From a virus (lineage: Duplodnaviria > Caudoviricetes): DNA of 64,000 bases. Positions 8,408 to 17,092 of the stretch are shown here, in pieces. The position numbers and the translations under genes were made by a program. The notes beneath the pieces were generated by a model, which was not told the origin of the DNA, searched no databases, and saw only the letters and a list, made by a program, of their open reading frames with translations. The stretch spans positions 1 through 64,000 of the IMG/VR virus record IMGVR_UViG_3300035034_000127; one strand, given 5' to 3'. Every line of letters begins with the position of its first letter. The first letter of the stretch is position 1.

Positions 8408-9068
8408 TAGTCTGTCCTAATCTAACTTCGAATTGTTTAGGTACAATTTGCAATTCATCAATGCAACTGTACTCTATAAAAAATGCTACGCCTGCTGTAG
8501 TAGTTCTAAAATTTGTTATAATGTGCCTTTTATTAGAACAATTAAGCCACGAGCTAACACTGTTGTCGAAAAGATATCGACAATTTACACCCTGCACTAA
8601 GATTTCGACTTCCACAGGATTCATCAGAGTGGCATTATTAAGTAATTTCCTAACTACTAGCTGTACTCGGTTAAACTCGCCAAATACCGCTGCTGAATGA
8701 CATATACTAGTGTCCATTAAATACCACTTCCCGTCAACGATAGACGGGTACATCTTTTTACTTTCAAGGTCTATTAAAAATGCCTCATCGCTTCGAACAG
8801 TCAAATGATATCGATCGTCGATGTCAGCGTGACGAAGATAAGACGTGCCGTTTTGCATGATAATAACTCTAGCTTCGCCTATGTTGCTAGGTAAGCTGTG
8901 CAGTGCAGTTTCAAATACAGTGCCGTTAAACTCAGGCTTTATTGCCCACGGATCATAAAAAAAATCACCAGTAGGATAATTAATTGAAATTTTAGCAGGA
9001 TCGTCGCCCATTATGTCAAGAGATTGTGCGATCGATATAGGAATAAAAAAGTTAGTAGCTGATATCAT
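8397..9068 (-). CDS. Putative 2OG-Fe(II) oxygenase, Asp/Asn beta-hydroxylase-like, with C-terminal extension
   Basis: GEARVI...YLRHADIDDRYHL...DGKWYLMDT..CHSAAVFGEFNRVQLVV. Confidence 0.72.
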   Translation of the reverse strand: MISATNFFIPISIAQSLDIMGDDPAKISINYPTGDFFYDPWAIKPEFNGTVFETALHSLPSNIGEARVIIMQNGTSYLRHADIDDRYHLTVRSDEAFLIDLESKKMYPSIVDGKWYLMDTSICHSAAVFGEFNRVQLVVRKLLNNATLMNPVEVEILVQGVNCRYLFDNSVSSWLNCSNKRHIITNFRTTTAGVAFFIEYSCIDELQIVPKQFEVRLGQTNEY

Positions 9069-9073
9069 AAAGC

Positions 9074-9102
9074 TATTTACCTAACAATAGAACAGGTAAA
9101 TA
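9074..9102. promoter_or_regulatory. Symmetric bidirectional late promoter pair
   Basis: TATTTACCT (9074-9082) and AGGTAAATA (9094-9102) form a perfect 9-bp inverted repeat; each TAAATA ends 5 nt before an ATG (9068 minus, 9108 plus). Confidence 0.7.
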
Positions 9103-9107
9103 TTAGT

Positions 9108-9845
9108 ATGAAACCGTACCACTATATTAATATCAACGGAGTTCGACTGCCTGTATCTAACGAATGGAAGAAGATAGGCATAAGCGTTAGCGGAGGAGCT
9201 GATAGTGCGCTGCTTGCTTATTTAATTTGTTTGGACACTACAGCAGAAATACATATTATAAGTCAAGTAAGAGGATGGAAAACAAAACCTTGGCAAAGAC
9301 ATAATAGTATAGAAGTATACGAGTGGCTGGTTCAACATTTCCCGCATTTAACATTTGTAAGACACGAAGGATTTATACCGCCAGACCTTGAGTGGGGTGA
9401 TAAAGGTCCTAATATTATAGACGAGTACAACAAGTTAAAAAGTGGTAATCAAATTATTCTTCGATCACACAATGAGTTTATAATTCACAAAGAAAAATTA
9501 GACTCGTGGTTTGCTGCTGTAAATAAGAATCCAGAGGTACCATTCCAAGGTGCACTTGCTGATAGAGACGAAGGGCACCTTCCGTTAATAATGGAACACA
9601 TGGGTATTACAATTTGCCATCCTTTTGTGTATACTATGAAAGACTGGATTATTAAACAATATTATAACTACGATATCCTAGACCTTCTTAATATTACAAG
9701 AAGCTGTGAAGGAGACCTAAACGATTACCCCGAGGTATTTGGAGACCTAGATTATCAAACATACATCCCAGGACAATACGTTCCAGAATGTCAACAATGC
9801 TTCTGGTGCAAAGAAAGACAGTGGGCTATTGAACAAGTCAAATAG
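9108..9845 (+). CDS. QueC-like PP-loop ATP pyrophosphatase
   Basis: ISVSGGADSALL PP-loop; C-terminal HPF...K..I...TRSCE...C.QCFWC.ER resembling the QueC Zn site. Confidence 0.7.
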   Translation: MKPYHYININGVRLPVSNEWKKIGISVSGGADSALLAYLICLDTTAEIHIISQVRGWKTKPWQRHNSIEVYEWLVQHFPHLTFVRHEGFIPPDLEWGDKGPNIIDEYNKLKSGNQIILRSHNEFIIHKEKLDSWFAAVNKNPEVPFQGALADRDEGHLPLIMEHMGITICHPFVYTMKDWIIKQYYNYDILDLLNITRSCEGDLNDYPEVFGDLDYQTYIPGQYVPECQQCFWCKERQWAIEQVK

Positions 9846-11100
9846 TTGTACTTTTTGTATGCATCCTTTTACAGGATTAGCCACCCGCGAAGACGGCGCT
9901 ATTAAGGTGTGCTGTCGTTCTCAGCCCATTGGGTGGATACAAGAAGAAACCTTAGAACAAGCGTGGAACAACGACAAGATGAGAGAGGTTCGTAAGCAAG
10001 TATTAAACAACGAGCGTCCTGACGTATGTAAGCCGTGCTTTGATCTCGAAGATCAGGGGGTCGAGAGCTTACGACAACGCCACATAGCAGGTGTTATACC
10101 CGAAGCAAGGGCCAACTTATACCCTGACGCACTGGACGGTTTGGAGGACGACTATACTATGCCCTTCGAATTCCCTACTATAGAAATAAAAATCAACAAC
10201 TTATGCAATCTCAAGTGTAGAATGTGTAATCCACTGGACAGCACTAGCTGGAAAGACTGGGATCAGGTCACTGAGTTTTACAAAAAGGAAAACAACTACT
10301 TGATTCCCACAGTAGAAAAGCTAGTAGATAAGCCAGGACAGTACATAGGTCCGTTTGACAATACAGCAAACTGGTGGGATAGCTTCGAAAAGCTGCTACC
10401 TTTCTTTAGACGAGTAGAATTTGCTGGTGGGGAACCGTTAATGGACCCTAATCACTACAAGATTCTTGACATGCTAGCGCCGTACGGTGAGAACATTGAA
10501 ATAAAATACGCAACAAACGGCACAAAGCTGGGCATAGGCAAGGGCCGGACTATACAGGAGTACTGGCCCAAGTTTAGAAGTGTAGCTGTAAACGTGAGCA
10601 TAGACGGTATACACGATGTATACGAATATATCCGCGGCAACGGCAAATTTAACGAAGTAGTCGACAATATCAGAATTATGCAATCTATCCCTACAGTGAG
10701 CAGAATTGTTGGGGCATTTACTGTACAAGCAAATAACATCATGCAAATTGACAAAGTGATTGACTATTTCTTAAACGAACTAGATATTATCTTTTACAGC
10801 CACCGGGTAACCTATCCAATGGCGTTGAGTGCGCAAGTATTGCCGCCCGCATTAAAACAGGAGGTCGTTAACAAGCTAGAAATAATGAAAACAGAAGTGT
10901 TGACCTATCCTAAAATTCAATCAAGTGAGTTGCTAAAGAAAGTAACGCTGCAACAGATTCAAGACAACATTAACTTCTTACAAGCAAAGTGTATGTTCGA
11001 ATCACACTGGCAAGACTGCATTGCGTTTAACAAAAAACTAGATGCTACACGAGGTCAAGACTTTTTGGCAGCTAACCCAAGGTTTAGACCCTACGCATGA
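9829..11100 (+). CDS. Radical SAM enzyme with N-terminal Twitch/SPASM-like Cys domain
   Basis: CNLKCRMC (CxxxCxxC), FAGGEP, TNGT, VSIDG; N-terminal C.HPF...DG.IKVCC...CKPC. Confidence 0.9.
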   Translation: MNKSNSCTFCMHPFTGLATREDGAIKVCCRSQPIGWIQEETLEQAWNNDKMREVRKQVLNNERPDVCKPCFDLEDQGVESLRQRHIAGVIPEARANLYPDALDGLEDDYTMPFEFPTIEIKINNLCNLKCRMCNPLDSTSWKDWDQVTEFYKKENNYLIPTVEKLVDKPGQYIGPFDNTANWWDSFEKLLPFFRRVEFAGGEPLMDPNHYKILDMLAPYGENIEIKYATNGTKLGIGKGRTIQEYWPKFRSVAVNVSIDGIHDVYEYIRGNGKFNEVVDNIRIMQSIPTVSRIVGAFTVQANNIMQIDKVIDYFLNELDIIFYSHRVTYPMALSAQVLPPALKQEVVNKLEIMKTEVLTYPKIQSSELLKKVTLQQIQDNINFLQAKCMFESHWQDCIAFNKKLDATRGQDFLAANPRFRPYA

Positions 11101-11981
11101 AACACGTGACCAGCAAGTGGCCTCACCAAGACAGTATTAAGGTAGAATGGAATCTAGGAAAACGCTGTAACCTAGATTGCGGCTACTGCCCTGCTGAAAT
11201 CCACGATAACTTTAGCCCACACACTAATATTGAGATACTAAAACGCACAGTAGATCACCTTGCGGCTCTAGGCAAGCCGGTGCGTATAAGCTTCACAGGG
11301 GGCGAGCCTTGTGTGCATCCTCAAATAGACGAACTGCTACGCTACGCAAAAGAGAGAGTAGATTGGATTAATGTGACCACTAATGCATCCAGGAAAGCAG
11401 AGTGGTATATTAAACAACCTGTAAACCATTATGTGTTCAGTCTTCACTTTGACAATAAAACCGTAGATCGAATGATTAGGCAAATTATGCAAGTCAAAAC
11501 AACCTCAATCATTCCGTTCCATGTAAATATCATGGCGCACCACGAACACATGGACCGTGTTAGATCTGCTGTTAGATTATTTAGTTTGTTTGATATACAC
11601 TACGCTGTACGACGCATACGATGGACTGAAAAACACGACTGGTTTGACGACTTACGATACGTTCAAGAAGATCTAGAATGGTTGCTAGAAAACGATGCCA
11701 CGGCAAAATCCAACGTAATTATCGACCATACAACTGAGTTACATGCTAACGATGTTATTAAGAAACATCTTAATCAATTTAAAGGGTGGCAGTGTAACGC
11801 CGGTGTTGAGAGCTTGATGATAAACTGGGACGGTGAAGTGCATAGAGCAACATGCAGAGTAGGTGGCAGTTTAGGTAACATTTATACTGGAACATTTACG
11901 CAACCGCCCGAAGCTATAATTTGCACTAGGCAATGGTGTACTTGTGCCGCAGATATTCCTTTAACAAAGACCAAAATATGA
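11097..11981 (+). CDS. Radical SAM enzyme with C-terminal SPASM/Twitch-like domain
   Basis: CNLDCGYC, FTGGEP, TTNA; CNAG...DGEVHRATC...LGNI...CTRQWCTC. Confidence 0.9.
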   Translation: MKHVTSKWPHQDSIKVEWNLGKRCNLDCGYCPAEIHDNFSPHTNIEILKRTVDHLAALGKPVRISFTGGEPCVHPQIDELLRYAKERVDWINVTTNASRKAEWYIKQPVNHYVFSLHFDNKTVDRMIRQIMQVKTTSIIPFHVNIMAHHEHMDRVRSAVRLFSLFDIHYAVRRIRWTEKHDWFDDLRYVQEDLEWLLENDATAKSNVIIDHTTELHANDVIKKHLNQFKGWQCNAGVESLMINWDGEVHRATCRVGGSLGNIYTGTFTQPPEAIICTRQWCTCAADIPLTKTKI

Positions 11982-13036
11982 TAAAAACAGAAGCAATAAC
12001 ATTAGCTGGCCCAGAAAAAATGATGGTGACCTGGGACACGGGTAGACGATGTAACTTTGATTGCACCTACTGCGAAGCTACTAGACACAACACGTATAGC
12101 CCCTATCATTCCTACGAAGAATTATTAACTACACTAGAATTTGTTAAAGAGTACACTAGTATATACGACACAGAAAAACAAGGCGTAAACGTAGATTTTA
12201 CCGGCGGAGAACCTACTGCTAATCCTAACTTTTGGAAACTGGCCAGACATATAAAAGATCACGAACCTCAGTTAAGTTGCGGATTAACAACCAACGGAGT
12301 ATGGAATCCTAGGCGAACTGAAGAGATAGTAGAATTGTTTCACGGGCTAACGGTTAGCTACCATCCCGAAGGCGGAGCAAAGGCCAAGGCTCACGTTATA
12401 GAAAATATAAAACGCCTTCACAAATCCGGTATTTGGTTGCAAATAAATGTAATGATGCACGTTGATCACTTTGAAGAAGTACAACGAGTGTGTCGCTTAC
12501 TAACAGATCTTGGTATAACGCATTTTCCAAGGCCAATCGGAGACGGAACGGTTGAAAGAAGTGGATGGTTTAAGGATACTGACGGATCTATGCGCAGAAC
12601 TAGTCATAGTTACAGTGAAGATCAACAAGAGTGGTTCTTTGACTATATTGGCCAGCCTAATCCTGCAAAACAAAAGAAGGAAGGATCTTCAATAGGAAGA
12701 GGCTGCTGCGGTGGAAGATGCATGACAGGAAAAGTTGACGGCGAGTGGATTCCAGTAACTCACGTTGACAATAATTTTAAAGGATGGTTTTGCTCTGTTA
12801 ATAAATTCTTTATGCATATTGACCAACATGATAAATTAGTCTATCATCATCAAACTTGTCAATCACTTCACGGTGGCAAAAGAGGACCGCTAGGCAGTTT
12901 AAACAACACTGCTGCCATTCTGGACTACGCCAAAAATGCAGTAAACGGTAGTCCTATAGTATGCCCGAACAATCGTTGCGGGTGCGGAACTTGCATTCCT
13001 AAAGCTAAACATATAGAAGTGTTCAACTTGCTTTAA
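11978..13036 (+). CDS. Radical SAM enzyme with Cys-rich C-terminal domain
   Basis: CNFDCTYC, FTGGEP, TTNG; GCCGGRC and CPNNRCGCGTC. Start placed at the ATGA overlap at 11978. Confidence 0.9.
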   Translation: MIKTEAITLAGPEKMMVTWDTGRRCNFDCTYCEATRHNTYSPYHSYEELLTTLEFVKEYTSIYDTEKQGVNVDFTGGEPTANPNFWKLARHIKDHEPQLSCGLTTNGVWNPRRTEEIVELFHGLTVSYHPEGGAKAKAHVIENIKRLHKSGIWLQINVMMHVDHFEEVQRVCRLLTDLGITHFPRPIGDGTVERSGWFKDTDGSMRRTSHSYSEDQQEWFFDYIGQPNPAKQKKEGSSIGRGCCGGRCMTGKVDGEWIPVTHVDNNFKGWFCSVNKFFMHIDQHDKLVYHHQTCQSLHGGKRGPLGSLNNTAAILDYAKNAVNGSPIVCPNNRCGCGTCIPKAKHIEVFNLL

Positions 13037-14442
13037 AGCAAGTGTGCTAACTCCGGAAATACTATCTTAGCTGAGTTGCCTCGTATTGCATCCAGTTTAG
13101 TCACATATTCTTTAAAGCCAGGCAACAGATAGCTGTTGTCTTGAGCGTCCATATGTTTTAATACCGCTTCCCATCGCTTCCATCCATAAGGGTTAATTTT
13201 CCAAAAGTCGTCGTCTTGACGATAGTTTTCCCAAAGCCACATTTTAAACTCTGCAAAAATTCGATGTACTTCTAGTTTGTCTTCTAGCGGAAGTATCTGT
13301 ATGCTAAGAAACGTAGGAATATACAGTAGGTGCATGTTCACAAGTCCGCCTCCCATCTGTACTCCACCCGGAACTGTTCCTTCGTTTAGCTTCTTAAAGT
13401 TCGAACGTATCTTCCATTTCATGAACTCTGGCAAATGTTTGATGTTAAAAATCTGTATTGCTGTTGCTAGACTAGTCTGAATATTATCAGGTGAATCGTC
13501 TAACATATGAAGCGTCTTCTCAACTTGTGCAAAGTCTGTAGGAAAGCGAATGTATTCGTCGCGTGGACCACAGGCATCCATGCTGATAGCAAACTTAACC
13601 TTTTTAAACTTCTTCCATAACTCTAACAATTCGTTGTCGACTAGCAGTCCGTTTGAGTTATAACGCAGTAGTATCTTATCTTGGTAGCCTTGTCTTATAA
13701 TTTCTTGAATAAACATTTTGTGTTCTTTAATCATAAGCGGTTCACCGCCAGCAAAGTATACTTGTTTAAGGTTTGGTACCTGTTTGTACATCTCTTTCCA
13801 GAAAGTATCTTTTTGATGCCACTTATTGTCAAAATTATCTTTGTCGAATTGGAGTTGTTGTTTGACATTATCGTCTTCAATTTGAGGTAATAACTTTTGC
13901 CAATCTTTAACCCACTTACTAGAATCATGAGGACTACACATTACACATTTAATGTTACAAGTATGTCCGAGTCTTAGGTCAAGGTATTGCAGTTCTTCTG
14001 GTACTGTTCCGTCTTGTTTAGTTTGCTCTATTAGATAGGGGATGTCAACATCATCGCGGTGCCAAGTCATTGTCTCCCATATTCGTTTAGACACAACTCC
14101 TTGACTTTCTTCTTTAAAGCACTTAGTACAACTTGCAGGAACTTCGCCTTTGAGCATAGTTGTACGCACACTTTTCATGTAATCGTTATTCCATGCGGCC
14201 ATTGGAGTGTCCTTGCCAAAGTTTGCAGGTTTGCCGTCTTCCATTTTAACCAAGCCCACTTCGTGGTCATTGCCTGCGCCGCTGGCGTTTGCACTGCAAC
14301 ACAAGCGCATATCTCCGTTAGGACGAGTGGCGAAGTGAATCCACGGCAGTACGCAGTAACTTTGCGAACCTGAAACTGTTTCTATTTCTCGTTGATATTT
14401 GCCTAGTGCACTGTCTTTGTCATTGTACCATTTGTTAGTCAT
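13033..14442 (-). CDS. Radical SAM enzyme with N-terminal Twitch/SPASM-like domain (paralogue of 9829-11100)
   Basis: CNIKCVMC, FAGGEPLM; N-terminal CVLPW...NGDMRLCC...AWNND.M..VR...CTKC. Confidence 0.9.
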   Translation of the reverse strand: MTNKWYNDKDSALGKYQREIETVSGSQSYCVLPWIHFATRPNGDMRLCCSANASGAGNDHEVGLVKMEDGKPANFGKDTPMAAWNNDYMKSVRTTMLKGEVPASCTKCFKEESQGVVSKRIWETMTWHRDDVDIPYLIEQTKQDGTVPEELQYLDLRLGHTCNIKCVMCSPHDSSKWVKDWQKLLPQIEDDNVKQQLQFDKDNFDNKWHQKDTFWKEMYKQVPNLKQVYFAGGEPLMIKEHKMFIQEIIRQGYQDKILLRYNSNGLLVDNELLELWKKFKKVKFAISMDACGPRDEYIRFPTDFAQVEKTLHMLDDSPDNIQTSLATAIQIFNIKHLPEFMKWKIRSNFKKLNEGTVPGGVQMGGGLVNMHLLYIPTFLSIQILPLEDKLEVHRIFAEFKMWLWENYRQDDDFWKINPYGWKRWEAVLKHMDAQDNSYLLPGFKEYVTKLDAIRGNSAKIVFPELAHLL

Positions 14443-15514
14443 TGTTTAATATAGTTACCTTAATAAATTGATCTTTTGGCTTAGGAAGCTCTGCTACGCT
14501 TCCGCAGGTTCTCGCACATGTTACTAACTTGTTTTGCGTCCAATAGTATTCCCAAGCAGTCTGCCAACTATCAGAGCTAACAATGTCGTTAACTGATCGA
14601 TTCAGGGCGTTAGTATCTCCCAGTGTTTGTTTTAACTCTCGATACTGCTGTAGCATGTGAGTTCTTATCTCTCTAGTGATGTCATTTGCAGGTGCGTAGT
14701 TGTAAGGTGCGCTTGCAAGAAAACAGCACGGAAAAACATTTCTATACGCATCAATGTATATCTCTTTAGTGTGCTGAACGTAACAATTAATTTCAGAGTC
14801 GCCTAATACTTTTCTATAATTCTTAACAGTATCTTCTGAAATAAAAGGAAGCTCCGAGGAAGAAGGCGGCTCAATGAAGTACTGCGTTTCTCCTTTATTG
14901 TCGTATACCGGAAATTTAGGACTTCCTACAAATCTAGAACTGTTCTTCTCAGTAAACAGCGCAAATCCGGTCTCTTTGGCCCGGCTTCTGGCTTCTTCTA
15001 CTTGATGCTCGTTATGTTTAAATTTTATAAAACACCATTCGGCATTACCGCCGGCGCCGATAAATGCAATAGCATTTTTAATAATACGATTGAAATCAGT
15101 ACCAATACGATAAAGATGATGTGTATCTTCTAGCCCATCTAACGCAAAGATTACTTTATGTGTCCTAGGTAGCACTTTGGCTAACTGTGCCCACCATGCT
15201 GTAGTTCTAGCACTTCCGTTTGTGTGTATACGAATATTAAGACTAGGATTTGTTTGGGCGGCGTAATCAATCATATCAATAAGATCCTTGTTAATAATAG
15301 GATCACCAAAGTTGCCGCACATATAGAAACCTTTAATTTGGTCCAGAACTCCGGGCGTGGCTATCTTCTTAAAATCGTCAACTGACCATTCCTGATTTTT
15401 TATTAACGGATTATCTTGGCCGCCATGATGGTTTCTTGAGCACATCGGACAAGCTGCTTGACACTTGTTGGTTATCTCAAAGTGGATATCTTCGAGCTCT
15501 GTAAATTTAAACAA
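14435..15514 (-). CDS. Radical SAM enzyme with C-terminal Twitch-like domain
   Basis: CQAACPMC, CGNFGDP, HTNG, FALDG; C-terminal C...VFPCC...CARTC. Confidence 0.9.
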   Translation of the reverse strand: MFKFTELEDIHFEITNKCQAACPMCSRNHHGGQDNPLIKNQEWSVDDFKKIATPGVLDQIKGFYMCGNFGDPIINKDLIDMIDYAAQTNPSLNIRIHTNGSARTTAWWAQLAKVLPRTHKVIFALDGLEDTHHLYRIGTDFNRIIKNAIAFIGAGGNAEWCFIKFKHNEHQVEEARSRAKETGFALFTEKNSSRFVGSPKFPVYDNKGETQYFIEPPSSSELPFISEDTVKNYRKVLGDSEINCYVQHTKEIYIDAYRNVFPCCFLASAPYNYAPANDITREIRTHMLQQYRELKQTLGDTNALNRSVNDIVSSDSWQTAWEYYWTQNKLVTCARTCGSVAELPKPKDQFIKVTILNND

Positions 15515-16109
15515 TTTTCCTCCCTATCAACATAAATCTTGTGTACAGTGGTGTTTCTAGTTCGTCGCGGTGTATAACTTCTATTTCCGAATGTTCTTCA
15601 AATTCTTGTAGTGTTGAGTGGCACCGAACGTGCTCTGCACAATCAAAATAGTTGTTACTCTGCAGAACAACAAGCGCATTCGTCGGAACTAAGCTTAACC
15701 ACTGATCATATTGTACTTGTGTTAAGTGCTCACAAATAGTGTTAATTACTACGTCACCTCTATATATCTGCCGAGTTAAATCGCCAGTAATTGCTCGGAA
15801 CCTTCCCTGCATCTCTTGTCTTTTATTTACCGTGCAGGCTGTTTCCTCACAGTAAGGATCGATATCGTAAGAATGTATTTCTCTAATTTGCAGATTGCTA
15901 TTAAATAAAATACTAGCAAGCACGCCGTTCCAGCCACCGTGAATGACATATTTCGATGCACTTGTAGGGGCATACCTAGTAAGTGCTTCTACTAACCATA
16001 CTTTCGATCGTACTTGTCCCTTCCAAAAGCTCTCAAGAGTTCTGTATCTACTACTCGAGTTGCGCACCGCATCCATCCAAAATAATACGTCTTCGATTTC
16101 TACTTTCAT
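15507..16109 (-). CDS. Putative class I SAM-dependent methyltransferase
   Basis: VIHGGWNG glycine loop, SYDID acidic motif, TGDL, VVINT.CEH. Start placed at ATGA overlap (MKVEIED). Confidence 0.7.
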   Translation of the reverse strand: MKVEIEDVLFWMDAVRNSSSRYRTLESFWKGQVRSKVWLVEALTRYAPTSASKYVIHGGWNGVLASILFNSNLQIREIHSYDIDPYCEETACTVNKRQEMQGRFRAITGDLTRQIYRGDVVINTICEHLTQVQYDQWLSLVPTNALVVLQSNNYFDCAEHVRCHSTLQEFEEHSEIEVIHRDELETPLYTRFMLIGRKIV

Positions 16110-17092
16110 TGTTTTACCTTGGGTATTTTTGAATCTGCAGAACTTACGCAAGTCGGAGTAATACAAGTAGCTGGACTTGTAAATAAGCTAAATCCGTCTT
16201 GGATAGTTCCTAGTGGAACGTCGTGGCAACTATAGGCTCGTTTAACTTCGCCACCGGGCTCGCGTATAATGCAACTTTGAAAACCTGCGTTACAGTTCCA
16301 TCCTTGAAACTTATTAAAACCAAATGCATTAAATCGTTCTGCTTGATCTATATAATAAGTATTGCCTTGTCTATCTTCCAAGCGAACTTGCGGAGCGACC
16401 TCTCCGTGGTACTCTTGAGGGAATCCAATTTGAAGAAGTTGTTTTTGTGCGTCAGTATAGCCCTCTACCACTTCAGTAGCCGTATCGTTGCTCTGTGGCT
16501 TTAGTGTGACGTTTATACCACGTTCCGCAAACCTTGCACATCTCTCATAATACTCGTCAAACAGTTCAGGAACCATTACTTGGTTAATAGTGAGATAAGT
16601 GTTGTTGTCAAGTAGTTGCAAACACTTGTCTCCAAACTCTTGTTCACGAGCAAACTCTGCATGAAAGCTAGCTGTAATACTGCGACGAGCAAGAGGTGCA
16701 GTTACTTCTAGCCATTTGTTCCACCATTTACTACCTGGGCTTAGATTCGTAGTCATATGCAGACTTTGATACTGGGCAAAGTCGTCGTTTACATAGTGCT
16801 CTATTAACTGGCCAAATTTCTTGTACGCTGTTGGCTCACCGCCACTAAACGAGAAATGAAACTCTGTAAATCCGTTGGCTCTAGCTTGACGTTTGATCTC
16901 TGTTATTGTGTTTTTGTATAGTTCTAGCTGACGGTGGTCCGGAACACTTGTTCGCGCATAAGGCCAGCAGTAAGAACAATTATAGTTGCAAAATCTAGCC
17001 AATATCCAAGATACAGCAAACAGTTTGTTATCTAACATTGTTTGCTGTCCGAAACTAGTTATGTCTTCGAACGGAATATCTTGATAGCTCAT
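16106..17092 (-). CDS. Radical SAM enzyme with C-terminal SPASM/Twitch-like domain
   Basis: CNYNCSYC, FSGGEP, TTNL; NKFQGWNCNAG...SC...LGTI...CITPTC. Confidence 0.9.
   Translation of the reverse strand: MSYQDIPFEDITSFGQQTMLDNKLFAVSWILARFCNYNCSYCWPYARTSVPDHRQLELYKNTITEIKRQARANGFTEFHFSFSGGEPTAYKKFGQLIEHYVNDDFAQYQSLHMTTNLSPGSKWWNKWLEVTAPLARRSITASFHAEFAREQEFGDKCLQLLDNNTYLTINQVMVPELFDEYYERCARFAERGINVTLKPQSNDTATEVVEGYTDAQKQLLQIGFPQEYHGEVAPQVRLEDRQGNTYYIDQAERFNAFGFNKFQGWNCNAGFQSCIIREPGGEVKRAYSCHDVPLGTIQDGFSLFTSPATCITPTCVSSADSKIPKVKQ

Noticed and set aside
9108-17092. 7-deazaguanine DNA modification cluster (QueC plus QueE)
   Set aside because: No folE, queD or dpdA recognised here, and the radical SAM proteins carry auxiliary Cys domains and are longer than typical QueE; not excluded for the rest of the genome.
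9829-17092. RiPP gene cluster
   Set aside because: Genes overlap or abut, leaving no short precursor ORF; no RRE/PqqD domain, protease or exporter seen.
16106-17092. Viperin-like radical SAM (V.W....CNY.C.YC, FSGGEP)
   Set aside because: Resemblance limited to generic radical SAM motifs; C-terminal Cys domain matches its SPASM/Twitch-like paralogues instead.
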